DNA of 64,000 nucleotides, taken from positions 30,814,001-30,878,000 of the forward strand of contig OZ024742.1 of assembly GCA_964016885.1 (NCBI GenBank), in the 5' to 3' direction. The notes below the pieces were generated by a model. The model made no database searches. It was not told the DNA's origin and worked only from the letters and a program-made list of their open reading frames with translations. Source of the stretch: Eledone cirrhosa (Eukaryota). Position numbers and translations under genes: made by a program. This document shows, in pieces, positions 51,194-64,000 of the stretch; the first letter of the stretch is position 1; each line of letters opens with the position of its first letter.

Positions 51194-52986
51194 GTTAGTA
51201 GTATTGATGTTGTTGCTTTGACTTTGTTTTTTACATCAGTTGTATGTTGTTGTTCTTTGCTTTTAATTTATACGGCGTTAGGAAGACCATCTGGCCGTAG
51301 AAACCAAACCAGAACACAGTTTTATATGAGAAAAACATGGTCCCCTGACCTGGTTATCTCGCAAATCATCTAACCCATGCTTGGCTGTGTTTTATATCTC
51401 AACCAGTGGCACTCGCAGGGCTCCATCCTAGAGAGAGGTGGACTTCTGATTTTGCTTGGGTGAGGGGTGGGGGTGTTAATCTGGAGGCTGAGGATACCTG
51501 AACTAATTAACAGATTGAGATGTATGTCAAATACTCTTTGCTTGACATCAAACCCTTTTCCTAAACTGTTGCAATGGCAACTTGTGATGTCATTGCTATT
51601 GCAATTGTTGTAATGTCATATCTATTACGACATCACTGTTAAGATGTAAAAGCTATGACAAAGACAATTGTGATGATGTGGCTTTTTACAACTGTTGTGA
51701 TTTTGTAGCTATTACAAAGACAATTGTGGTGTTACAGCTATGATACAGTTAAGATGTTAGTCATGGTTTTGATGTTCAACTCTACTGTGAGAGACACATT
51801 TCTTTTTCTACAGCTGGATGTGAGTTTGCTAACATTAATGACACAATGGTGGCAGTTGAAGGTTTCTTTCAGTTATGTTGACTCCTCTGGTAACAATGAT
51901 CCACCACGCAGTCCAGCACAGCACAGATTCTGGTACTTAAAGGGAAGGTGAAATTAAAACCATTACTAAATATAAATGAACTTGGGATTTAAAATGTTCC
52001 ACTCCTGAATATAAAAAAATTTCACAGTCAGGAATTATTCCTAAAGCAGCATCACTCTATTTCTTCATACACATCGCCTTCCACCACATTTAATGCCAAA
52101 TATTAACTACACTAACTTCTTACGTTTCTAAATCACCAGAATCCATTAGAGTTGGTGATTCAAACTCTGTTTCCGTTTGGGTTAAACAAATGACGGGTAA
52201 CTCTCACTCTAGGATAGGACATTAGGGCTTTTGCAGGTAACTTTTTCACAGGAAGAAACTAAAATCAGCACAATATAAAGCCAATGAAACACACAGCATT
52301 ATTATAATGCTCCCACTACCCACAGAAGTGCATTATACATTACTGTAGTATCTATTTACTGTTAAATGAATTAGGCCTTTTAAGGTTCAATATCTGTTTA
52401 ATTCTTTCTTTGCCATATTTCTGATGAAATTTATTGATTTTTCAATTAATTTTTAAAATAATCAAAAATTTGGAGGGATTTAGTAATATACTCTCAGGTC
52501 CCAAATAATAGTGGGTGGAAAATTGGTAAATTTTCTAGGTTGTCTCCAATATGTTTAAAAACCAGAATTAGTTGTTTAGTTTACATATTGAGACCCCAGC
52601 CAACCCATCCTATTTATTTTATAATGTATGGGATTTCTAGTAATGTACTTTTTTGGTGTTGTATAATTTTTAATGTCAAAAGAAAAATTTATTTATTACT
52701 ATTATTTGTTTATTTGTGTGTGTGTGGGGGGGGGGGGGGTCGAGACCCAGGGAGTAGCTAATTTTCCCATAAAATTGGTGTTTAAAAGAAGTTCAGAAAA
52801 ACTTCTTACAAAGAAAAAATGATGGTGGTTGGTTTACATAAGAAAACATTAAGACAGGAAAGTTAAAACTAATAAATTCCAGAAAGTTGTATAATATATT
52901 GAGATTATTTTATAGAATTATTTTTATAAAATATTGTTTTCCTTGTATTTTTATGTTTCATTTTCTTTTTTTGTATTTTCCTGTAG

Positions 52987-53099
52987 CTGCGCAACTTTTG
53001 AAATCAGATGAAAGTGAGGGCCGAAGAACTCGCTCAAAATCTCGTGTTCAGACTCCTGAACATAGTTCTCGCACCAGAAAATTAGCAACCCCTGCAAAA
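52987..53099 (+). CDS. Exon 4: (A)AQLLKSDESEGRRTRSKSRVQTPEHSSRTRKLATPAK
   Basis: Acceptor TTTTCCTGTAG|, 113 nt, donor AAA|GTAAGG, phase 1/0. The split codon G|CT gives Ala. Confidence 0.88.
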
Positions 53100-53670
53100 G
53101 TAAGGACAGAATAAAACTTAATATTTTTTCCTCTTTTCTTGTTTGGCAAAATGTTGATTCTTTCTCTGTCTCTCTCTCCATTCTTCTGTTCATAAGAGGA
53201 TATGTTTAACCTAACCATTTGCTATGGTCATTGTAGAACCTGGCTGTTTCTGCGTTTGTGATTCCTACAATTTTATAATCAATCATTATTTAAACCAGCC
53301 ATATCTGGCCAGAATTCTCTCACCTCTTTCTGTTTAAGCTAGTCGTAACTGGCTGATCATACTTATGTTAAGGTATTGCTCTCAAAATAAATAATATAAA
53401 AATCTCGTAGGTTCGATATTATGTGAGATAAAAAGCCTTTATTGCGAAAATAAAATAGTAAATATAATGTAAATATTAAAGAGTTAAACAGTGGATGACA
53501 GACAACAAACCCTTTAGATTGATTACCCAGCAAATCCCTGTTTTGATTTATTAACATCTCTTTATATTCTAAGTTAAAGTCTTGGTGTAGCAAACGCTTT
53601 CTTTCAACCATCCCAGGTTGCTTAAAATTACTGAGATTTGTTTTCATCAACATTAACTTACAAACTGTCC

Positions 53671-53714
<44 letters not shown>

Positions 53715-54690
53715 GTGTGTATGTATATATATATCCTGGTTCTGTTGAATAGTTCTAATAATTAACAATAGAAGTGGCATAAAATATTTTGATGTAATGA
53801 GTTGTGTCCCTTGACGTTCGTTAGACCGTTTAACAACCTTTGTTATTAGCACTTGAATGTTGGCGTAAATTGAGTTATGTCCCTTGACATTTCAAATCTG
53901 TAAAGCGTTACTATAACACCACGACTACTACTACTTGATATACTTCCATCACTACACCACCATTTGGGTTGGACAAATATAGATGTGTATGCATTATTAA
54001 TTGATAATTAAATGGAAGTGCTAGCGTGGAAGATGGACGTTAAACGATGATGATGAATGTCAGTGAATTGGCAATATCGGTAGAGCGTTGGACATGCTAG
54101 AGTATAGAGTTACGGCCCTTTACATCCTGAGTTCAAATCCTGTTAAGAAAATATAGAGTACCAGTAATGCACTGGGGTTGATTTAATCGACTTTCCACTC
54201 CCTATCAAATTGCTCTGCTTTGTGCCTAAAATAGAAACATTAATTTTATGGTGGAGTGGCAGTATTGGTAGAGGGTCGGACACCATGGTTTGCAGCAAAG
54301 AGTTACGGTCCTTTATGGTCTGAGTTCAAATCCCGCCGAGGTTAACTTTGCCTTTCATCCTTACGGGGTCGATAAAATAAAGTACCAGTAATGTACTGGA
54401 TAATTGCTGGCCTTGTGCCAAAAAGTAGAAACAATTAATTTTATTATTATTACTACGGGTGGTGGTTTTGCAGCATATAGTTACATCTCTTTACATTCTG
54501 AGTTCAAATCCCAGTGATATTAGCTTTGCCTTACATCCCTACGGGGGTCAATTTAATCGACTTTCCCCTCCCCAAAATTGTTGGCCTTGTGCCTAAATCG
54601 AAGTATTAATATTGGTGGTTATATCTTTGACACAGCTGAAGTGTCCTAACCCGTTCAATATATGATGATTACATTTTGTTTTGTTTTCAG

Positions 54691-55011
54691 GAAACAAAGC
54701 CTGCAGCAAAGACCGGTCGGAAGAAAGCTGCCTCAGGGGGTGGTGGTGCTGCTGCTCCAGCTGAGGAGGAAGTGAAGGCTGATGCTGAGAAGGCTGATGA
54801 AACTAAAGGTGAGGATGTGGAATCTGAAGAGAAGGAGGAAGCTGTAGCTGAGGAGGCAAAAGAAGAAGAAACTGCTGATGGTGAGGTGAAGGAAAATGAG
54901 GAACACGAGAAGGAAAATGATGCTAAAGTAGATGCAGAAGAGGAAGAGAAAGAGGAGAAAGCTAACGAAGAAGAAGAAAGTTCCAAGGGAGAAGAGGCAG
55001 AGGCAGAATAG
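54691..55011 (+). CDS. Exon 5 (terminal): ETKPAAKTGRKKAASGGGG followed by a Glu/Asp-rich tail and stop
   Basis: Acceptor TTTTGTTTTCAG|, 321 nt purine-rich open frame ending in TAG at 55009-55011. Confidence 0.92.
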   Translation, partial: ETKPAAKTGRKKAASGGGGAAAPAEEEVKADAEKADETKGEDVESEEKEEAVAEEAKEEETADGEVKENEEHEKENDAKVDAEEEEKEEKANEEEESSKGEEAEAE

Positions 55012-58000
55012 ATGATATTTTTTCACTCATTAACGTTCATTACTTGATATATATCTCAACATAGATTTGTTCCAACAACTTCATGACAACATAAAATCAA
55101 ATCTTCTATTCATTTTTAATATTTTTAATTTTTTCTCTCCCCCCTCCTGCAATCATTATCATTTGCAGTTATATTAAAATACTAAAATAATTCACACAGT
55201 ATTTATGATTCTTGTCAATTTAATTTCTTTTTAATTGTTTAATTTTTTTAATTTTAAATGAATTATTTATTTTATTTTCTTGTGTGAGTGTTCCCTGCAC
55301 CATTTTTTTAAAAGTCTGAATATATATATATATATATTTCAAAGTTCATTTAGTTTATGGTAATTATGAAGTGAACCAAGTTTTTCTTTTTTTCCCCTTT
55401 GTAGAATCTCAACAGTCGATAATGGCCAGAAAACCAGAGTTTCTTTGATGTGTGTATGTGTATGTATGTGTGTGGTTACTCCTAGAAGTGATTTAGTAAG
55501 GCTTGTGGTGAATGCCGTAGTTACTCGATTAACTTAATGTATTGGATCATTGACTTTAGTGAAGAAATATGCTGGAATGTTAAACCACCCCTGTCCTGTC
55601 CTGTTTCTTTTTTTCACCCCCTTCAAATCCTTAAAAGGACTTTAATTCTGTATGGCCAGTTTCGTAGTACTGCTGCTTCTTATATAAAATATATTTGTTA
55701 AATATCTTGATTAGAACTTGTTATCAGCAAGATGTGAACTTCTATGCTCTCATCAAGGTTGATTATATTATTATCATTTAGAATAGGGCGGTGGATTGGC
55801 AGTCTCGGTAGAGGGTCGGACGCCATGCTTTGACGTATAGAGTTACGGCCCTTGCCATTCTGAGCTCAAATCCCGCCGAGGTTAACTTTGCTTTTCATCC
55901 TTACGGGGTCGATAAAATAAAGTACCAGTAATGTACTGGCCTTGTGCCAAAAGTAGAAACAATTATTATCATTTAGAATAGAATTCTGGGATTTCAAGAT
56001 GGTTATGCTGAGTAGGCATGACATTTCAAATATTTGAGAAAAGCGGTGATGTTCTCATCTGCCAGGAATTGGTGTCATTGGAGTAACATTGTTTAGTAGC
56101 TGCAAGGGTTGTATCATATCATATGGTATTCTTATCTCGTCACTGGAGTTCAAAGGTTTAATTAATTAAAAGATAAAAGATATGAAGTTTTAAGTATAGT
56201 ACAATTTGTGTGTGAGAGCTGTTGTGTGACTGATCTGAGATAGTGACATTGCAAGTAGTAACTAAATTGAAATGAAATGTAGAGGTTGTATGAATGAGAG
56301 AGATCTACCACCACCATTTCAGTATGAGGTGGGAATTCTGCACTGTTATTTAACCATTCTCTATGCATGCAGGCAGCAAATTGGCAGATATTAGAACATT
56401 GGATAGAATGCTTTGTGGTATTCGTTCTAGCTTTCTGCACATTGAGTTCAAATCCTGCCACGGTCAACTTTGCCTTTCATCCTTTTGAGGTCGATAACAA
56501 AACAAAAAAAAAACAAGTACCAGTCTAATTCAGTACGGGGGGGTCAATTCTTCCTCTATATATCTTTTTCACTTCCTTTCTTCTGGAAGAAATTGTCTGT
56601 TTTCAGACCCAGAGAAGAGTTAAGGCTCCACCAGGTTTAAAATGCCCAAGACATAGTGTATGTCTCTACAGCACCCTCTTAGACTCATCAAACGTTACAT
56701 GTCCATACATGCATGCAGAAATGGCTAAGTCCTAACTGTAAACCATCATCATCACACCAAACAACAGTGCCATAATTTCAAGAATGTTTTGTGTCTTTCT
56801 TTTTTTTTATGTTCATTTGACCTCAGTAAAAACATTAGTGGGGGTGATCTAGATGTTTTTTTAGAACATTCTTTAAAATATAAATAATTAAAATGGTTTA
56901 TTACTCTTTGTTAAATGTCTCCACATTTCTGAGAATAGCTTACTTCATATGATATAGTATTCTAATTGCAAAGTCATTTCCATATATTATCAACAAATTC
57001 TATCACATGATATGTGTGTGTGTGGGTTTTTTTTTTTTTTTTTTTTAAATTAACTTAAAAAAAAATTTTTTTTCTTTCTAAATCTAAAAATTTTGTTCTC
57101 ATTTATTCCAAAACATGTTTTAAATTGTATAAATTTTTGTTTTGTATGATATATCACAAACCATCCTAAATCTATACAGAAACATTTTTTATTTCTTTAA
57201 ATTCTTAATGGAAAAAAACTAAACAAAACCCCAAACACCTTGGACTACTAATATTACTATTACTACTACTATTACTACAAATAATACTAAGAAACAAAAA
57301 GGCAGCACTCATTCGAAGTTGCATTTCTTCAAAATTTAACATTTTTTTAAAAAGTGGGGGGCGGGGGTTATGTCAATGAGTTCAGTAAGTTGGCAGTTGT
57401 GGTATTTAGTTTCATCCTTATATATTCTGATTTGAAAGTATCTGCCAGAGCCCACTTTGCCTTTTTGCCCTCTTGGAGTGAGAGGAAGTTGATAAAATAA
57501 GTACCAGTCACATACTGGGGTTGATTCAATCAACTGTATACCCGTCCCTTACAAAAATTGACCTCATGCCAAAATTTAACAAAAAAGAAAGAAAGAAAAA
57601 TGAATGAAAAATCACTGTCTCTAATTGTGTACCCTCTCTGTCTGATTAAATATAAAGAATTATATATATACTTGGCATATATTCTGTATATCACATCGTA
57701 AAATGTTTTCTTCAGATTTTTAGACTGTCAAATATTATTTCAATTCACTTCTTTATCTAATATTGATTATTCATGAAATTAAAACTTTCCTGTCAACTAT
57801 TTGAATATAAAAGAAGGCATTATATTTATATATATATATGTGTATATATACACCATATATATAATTAAATTTACTAAATATGAATTTTAAAGTAAAAAAC
57901 TCAACAAACAATTGGATAAATTTCAGTAGGGAATAAATGTCGGATATTATCTGGAAAACAAACAAAAACAAAACTGATTTGTAAAGTATAAAAAAAAACA

Positions 58001-58230
58001 AGATAAGGAAAATGAGAATTCAGTTGGTTTAAGTTTAAAAACATGTTTAGCTCTGCCATCTTAAGTACGAAAAAAAAAAAAATGAACAAAACAACACATC
58101 TGTATCCATCATTTTTTTTTTGTATAAAAACCAATTATTTCTAACGTCTTTTCGTAAAAAAGAAGTTATTTCTACAATTCTTGGTTTGAAAAAAAACATT
58201 AAATAAAATAAATCATTTAAGTCAGCTGTC
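55012..58230 (+). other. Probable long AU-rich 3' UTR containing SINEs; candidate poly(A) signals near 58202-58212
   Basis: T/A-run-rich sequence after the stop codon, with tandem AATAAAATAAA near 58202. The end point is not certain. Confidence 0.4.
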
Positions 58231-61227
58231 TTTGATAGAAAAATAAGTTATTTTTTACCAAATTTGGTAAATATATAAAAGATTTCTTATTTCTATCATC
58301 TCTTAGAAATCCATCTATTTGATAGAAAATCATCCTACTTCAACCATGTTTCATAGTAATACCATGTATCTCCACCATCTTTGCTACATTAAAAAAAAAA
58401 AAAAAAGCAACAGACTCTGTTAGCTTGGTAAAGTATCATGACCTCTGCCATGTTTATGGTGGAACACCTTTCTATCATATTTGAAGTAAAAATAAATTTC
58501 ATCAGTTAATAATCTCTTCTTTGATTTCATTTGAAAATAAATTATAAAATATTCTTTTCTGAAGCAGCACAGCAGTTACAGAAATTATAGAATGTTAGGA
58601 CTAAGTCTAAAGTCTGTCTCTAGCCTGGATGCTCAGCAGGCTGGTGCTTATCCTGGTTTCTGTTGTGTTAAATGACAGAGTACAAGACTCTCCCTGGACA
58701 GAACACTGATCCATTATCACTGGTTATCGCCCATTTTCCACACTAGCATGGGTTAGACAAACTCCTGTTGTGAGACAAGCCATGTCACATGACTGTCTTG
58801 CTCATACAGAACTGATTTTGGCATGGTTTCTGTGACGGGATGCCCTTCCTAAAACCAACCCCTAGTACTCATTTTCAGCTGAGTATACTGAGCAACATGA
58901 AATGAAGTGTTTTGCTCAAGAAAGAACAATGCAGTCCAGGAATCGAACCCTTTACCACTAGGCCATGCACCTCCAAGTATTTCGTTGTCTTGCTTATATC
59001 CTAAATGGACAACATGGCTCAATGGTTAAAGGAGTTAATTTCACAATCATTAAGTTCTCGGTTCAATCCTCCTGGCCTGTATTTTGGACAAGTGTCATTT
59101 ATCATTGCCACAGGTTGACACCTGCTTTGTCAGTGAAACTTGGTAGGGTAGACAGAAACTGTTTAGAAACCTGTGAGATGGACATTATTTGCACAAGTTG
59201 ACTCACATCTTGGGGGAAATTTGGTAGACATGAACTGTATCTAATTGAAAGAGCCAGCCTTGTCAATGAATCTCCCTGAGGATTGCGTTCCAGGTATACG
59301 TGTCTGGAATGCTCAGTCACTCACACAAGCAGGCTGTTCTGACTCTGGAGAATCAATGCTATATTGTGTTTAAGTCAGTAGTACCATATCAACCAACCTC
59401 CCAGGCTGGGAATCACATCTCATGTGTCATAGTCTCCAGTTGGATGCCCTTCCTATCACCAACCACTTAGATTAAATTCTCTTTAATATTTTGTGTTGTT
59501 TTTCATAGATGATTCTTAAGCATGTATTAGTTGATAAAGACTTGTGTGTGTTAGTGATATATTAACATGTTTGAGTTAGTGAATGACTGAAAAAATACCA
59601 TTGCGAATACAGGCGGCCGAAATGGGAGTTCCTCTGAAGGATCTTTGGAGTAACATTATTCAATAGAGTGCATAGCTCAGAGATTAGAAGGTCACTAGGT
59701 AGAGCCACTACTTCTCCAAATTGAGAGATCACAGCTCTGATACTATGGGAATGTCTCAGAAAAGAATCACTGGACAGATTTAACAAGCAAAACCAACTGG
59801 CAGGAGACCCAGGGGTAGACCTCGAGCCAGATAGTTGGATAACATCCATAAGCTTGGTTGGTCTCACTTGGGAAACTAGCCGGATCAGTTGCTTCTGGAA
59901 GGAGAGTTTGAGGACCCTGCCCACAACCCTCTCAGGAATATATGGGTGAAGAAGAAGAGTTAGTGAATGTGTTATTGAAGGGAATTGATACTGCTGGAAT
60001 AATTGGATATAAGTTAGAAAGAGATGTTTAACCCTTTAGCATTTACTATTGTATTTTTGTGGTAAAGTCTGTCTTTCATAATTATCTCATAATATCGAAT
60101 CTGAGATTTTGATGTTATTTATTTTAAGAACAATATCTTAACATAAGTGTGAGTAGCTGGTTTGAGCAGAATTCTGGATGAATATGGCCATTTTAAATGC
60201 TAAAGAGTTAATCATACAAAATATCTGAAGTGTTGATAAAGACACTCAGGTATGTCCTACTATTCAGTGAAGTGAACAGCCTACTATAAAATACATCCAG
60301 TACACTCTGTAAAATGATGGGTTGGTGTTAGGAAGAATATTAAGAGCTAAGGGCTTGTTAGTCAAGAACGTGACAACCTCTAGCATAGGGGTTACAATAA
60401 AATACACTGTAAAGTGGTTGGTGTTAGGAACAGCCAAGAAGGATATGACATATTTAGTGTTGGGGCTGCAATAAAATACACCCAGTACACTCTGTAAACT
60501 GGGTACATGAAATACTTTTGTGATAATTAAGAAAATCAGAATAAATACATTTTGGAGTTGTATTTGTCTGGCATGTGTTACAACTAAATCATTTTAACCA
60601 TTTAAAACAAAAACTTTCTATTTTACATATGTGAATTTATTTGTTGGCGTCTGACCAGGTCGCAAATAGTGATGAAAATTGTGTGTAGCTTGGAGATTAG
60701 AGAGCTGCTACTCCGATTGAGAGATCACAGCTCCAATACTAAGGGCATTTTACTATGGTTAGAATGTCTCAGGAAAGAATTGCTTGGACAACAGGAGACC
60801 CAGGGGTTGACCCCGAGTAAGATGGTTGGATAACATTTGTGAGCTTGGCTGAGCTCGCTTGGGGATCCAGCCTGATCAGTTGGAGATGGCTGCTTCTGGA
60901 AGGAGTGTTTGAGGACTCTGCCCCCACGACCCTCCCAGGAATAAGTGGGTGAAGAAGAAGACACCAGGAAATAAATATAAAGTTTTTGTGTTTTATAAAT
61001 GGCTGGAATGATTTTTCTATGCAGAATAAATATAAATATGTAAACAAAATGTATTTTTTAATGCAAAAATCCAGATATCTTTACTAAAGGGCTTCAGACC
61101 AGTCCCCTCTCTAACAAATGGGATATCTTACTGTTTAATTCCATGACCCAGGAAGCAAATCTTGCTAAAGTTGTCTTTGCTTTTCCTCCGCGCACACACA
61201 CACACAACATATATATATATATATGTT

Positions 61228-61572
61228 GGAGGCACATGGCTTAGTGGTTAGAGCATTGGCCTTGCAATCGAAAGGTTGTGAGTTCAATTCTCAGACCAGG
61301 TGATGTGTTGTTTCCTTGAGCAAGACACTTTATTTCACATTGCTCCAGTTTACTCAGCTGTAGAAATGAGATGATAGGGACTGGGGTCCCTATCATTCCA
61401 CTGCAAAGTGGTCGTGGAGGTGCCACGGCAAAAAAGCACCCAGCACTCACTGTAAATGAGGTTGGTGTTAGGAAGGGCATCCTGCTGTAGAAATCAAGCC
61501 AGAATCAGTTCCCGTCCCACCCTTGCAAGCAGGGAAAAGCGGACGTAAAATGAAATGATGATGATGATGATG
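61228..61572 (+). mobile_element. Full-length CORE-like SINE with RTE-like tail
   Basis: GGAGGCACATGGCTTAGTGGTTAGAGC...GAGTTCAATTCT...CTTGAGCAAGACAC...GGTTGGTGTTAGGAAGGGCATCC...GGACGTAAAATG and a (GAT)n tail. Confidence 0.82.
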
Positions 61573-61977
61573 ATATGTTTCAGAAGATCCCGTTAAGACT
61601 GAAAGCAGCGATTCTTTGCTTAAACTTTAATCTGTTATTTTAATAAATATTTGCTCTAGGGTTCTTATATATTTGATATATATTTATCCTTATCGAGCCC
61701 TCTTTGGATTTTAGTCTTCACATTTATTATTATTACTATATATATATATAATAATGAATATAACCGGAGTTGCAGATATACATATATGTGTAAATATAAT
61801 GTATATATATATGTGTGTGTGTGTGTATATATGTATAATATGCAGAAGGTTATTTGTCACTAATATACAGAACATCTCAATCAAAAGATTGCTAAAATAT
61901 ATCTAATTCAGATAAGTATAAGCATAGAGTAACTTCTGCAAAATCATTGTAGGTGACTTTGCATAAGTTACTCTGTG

Positions 61978-62015
<38 letters not shown>

Positions 62016-62016
62016 C

Positions 62017-62295
62017 ATCATCATCATTATCGTTTAACATCTATCTTCCATGCTAGCATGGGTTTAGATGGGAATTGTCCCACTTGAGGCAAGATTGGTC
62101 AATTGACCATGTCTTGCTTGTATAGGACTGTCTGGCAGGTTTTCTATGGCTGGATGCCCTTCCTAACACCAACCACGTTTACAGTGTGGACTGGGAGGTT
62201 TTTACCGTGTTACCTACCCGGCCACATTACAACATGGACTGTGTTTTTTTGTTGTGACACCTACACGACCTCATTTATTTTGGACTGGATGTTGT
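62017..62295 (-). mobile_element. 3' UTR fragment of the first RTE family
   Basis: Highly similar to 181-440 and 2799-3070; abuts (CT)n(TA)n. Confidence 0.85.
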
Positions 62296-62454
62296 ATGTT
62301 AGCCATCTGTGTCTGAAATAAAATACACAAACTCAAAATTCTACATTAATTAAAATAGAAGGTATTTCATAAGAAATATGGTTGTGAAAGGGTTAAAAAA
62401 ATAAAACTTGATAATGTAATCCTAGATTGTAAAAATATAAAAAATGTTTTTAAT

Positions 62455-62610
62455 CACTGGTTTGCTGGAGTATCAAGGCTATAAGGCTGAGCTGAGCTTT
62501 GGTTTGCTGGAGTATCAAGGTTGTGAAGCTGAGCTGAGATTTGGTTTTGCTAGAGTATCAAAGTTGAGCTGGGCTTTGGTTTGTTGGAGTATCAAGGCTG
62601 AGCTGAGTTT
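62455..62610. repeat. Short minisatellite (GGTTTGCTGGAGTATCAAGG...GCTGAGCTGAG, about 4 copies)
   Basis: Direct tandem repeats are visible. Confidence 0.8.
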
Positions 62611-63067
62611 TGTACCAAGAAATTACTCAATAAAAATAAGAATATTTCCCCAGAAAAATCAAAACTTTGTTAATATTTCTTGTGAAAGACTGCTTATAAG
62701 TTTGAAAACAGCTAAGAATTTGGAGGGATTTAGCTAAATGTTCTTATCCTTAACATAACTTAACAAAGGTTCTTAAAATTATGATGGAAGGTTTTTAGAT
62801 AAATATCTTCTTGAGTCATTCCTCTTTCAAATGTGAAGCATTCATTTTGCTTTTTCTAATGGCTAGAATATATACGGCTCACCACACCTGCATATAGATA
62901 AATATAAACACTTGAAAATAAAATTCTGTATCATAGAACCAAGGGTAGTTTGGTATGAAGGGGGTTAAGTATTAATTGTGTATCATCTTATTCTTGCTAT
63001 AACTTTTATTGCAATAACCACCTAATAATGTGATATACATGGCCAGAAATACTTGTACTTTATCTTC

Positions 63068-63505
63068 TGTTGCCCCTACTAGGGTCTGTGTTGATGCAAC
63101 AGCCCCTACCAGAATCTGTGTTGATGTGGCCGCTACCAGGGTCTGTGTCGATGTTGTGGCCCCTACTAGAGTCTGAGTTGATGTAACAGCCCCCACCAGG
63201 ATCTGTGTTGATGTAACAACCCCTACCAGGATCTGTGTTGATGTAACAGCCCCTACCAAGGTCTGAGTTGATGTAGTGGCTCCTACCAGGGTCTGTGTTG
63301 ATGTAGTGGCCCCTACCAGGGTCTGTGTTGATGTGGCCCCTACCAGGATCAGCGTTGATGTAACAGCCCCAACCAGGATCAGCGTTGATGTAACAGCCCC
63401 AACCAGGATGTCAACAGCCCCTACTAGGATTTGTGTTGATGTAACAGCCCCTACTAGGATTTGTGTTGATGTAACAGCTCCTACCAGGGTCTGTGTTGAT
63501 GTGGT
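63068..63505. repeat. 30-bp minisatellite (~15 copies)
   Basis: Unit CCCTACCAGGATCTGTGTTGATGTAACAGC. Source of ORFs 62972..63259 and 63276..63536. Confidence 0.92.
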
Positions 63506-63719
63506 TGTTGACCAACAAGATATAATAGCTAACTAAATACCTTAGTCTTGGAAAAGAATAAGAGACACTGGAAAATATTTGACATATAAAATGACAGGAT
63601 TGTCATGGATGGAAGGCCTTTGTTTAGGGTTGGCTTCAAGCTAAACAACAGGCTGCTATTAACATAGGCACTAGGTCACAAATATTAAGCCTGGGTGTGC
63701 GGACACTCCATTACATGGA

Positions 63720-64000
63720 ACTCTCTGGGGTAGTACTTCATTTTATTATCCCCATCCCCCAGGTAGCATTTGACTATCAACACCCTTGGGGGTAATACTT
63801 CATTTTATTAATCCCTTGGAGCAATACTTAACTTTATTAACCCCCTGGGGTGGTACTTGAATTTATCAACACCCCTGGGGTAGTACATGACGTTATCAAT
63901 CCCCAGGGGTAGTATTTGATTATCAACACCCCTGGGGTAATGCTTGACTTTATCAATCCCCTGGGGCAGTACTTTATTTCATTGACTCTGGAAGGATGAT
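63720..64000. repeat. Degenerate ~30-bp minisatellite
   Basis: Repeated TTATCAACACCCCTGGGGTAGTACTTGAC-like units. Confidence 0.75.

Noticed and set aside
54687-55026. Minus-strand Ser- and Phe-rich ORFs
   Set aside because: Antisense shadows of the acidic terminal exon.
58452-58510. Minus-strand CTGATGA...GAAAGGTGTTCCACC hammerhead-like string
   Set aside because: Stem II does not pair, the required U after stem III is missing, and there is no stem I.
62972-63536. Mucin-like ORFs (VGAVTSTQIL and VDVTAPTRIC repeats)
   Set aside because: Both come from a 30-bp minisatellite that is open on both strands, with no convincing splice context.

Overview
AT-rich, repeat-dense animal genomic DNA. 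The SINE and RTE repertoire resembles octopus/cephalopod DNA (inference). One spliced protein-coding gene can be rebuilt by hand on the + strand: five phase-compatible GT-AG exons (12204-12269, 48111-48215, 51109-51193, 52987-53099, 54691-55011; 690 nt, 229 aa). It encodes a disordered protein with a basic SP/TP-containing N-terminal part and a very acidic tail, and has a ~35.8-kb first intron. Most of the rest is repeats: three RTE-clade LINE copies at 0.2-7.3 kb (one nearly intact, with a PHD-type finger just after the RT core), fragments of a second RTE family, many tRNA-derived SINEs, piggyBac-type and Tc1/mariner-type MITEs, microsatellites, and a 5.3-kb array of 44/45-bp units. The most notable signal is invisible in the ORF track: six complete type I hammerhead-ribozyme motifs from three sequence families, all in short elements embedded in (TA)n tracts (probably Penelope-like element 3' ends). 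Four lie in two fold-back palindromes (7445-7783 and 9045-9374), whose arms are identical within each palindrome but differ between them. Almost all other ORFs in the track are artefacts of microsatellites or repeats.
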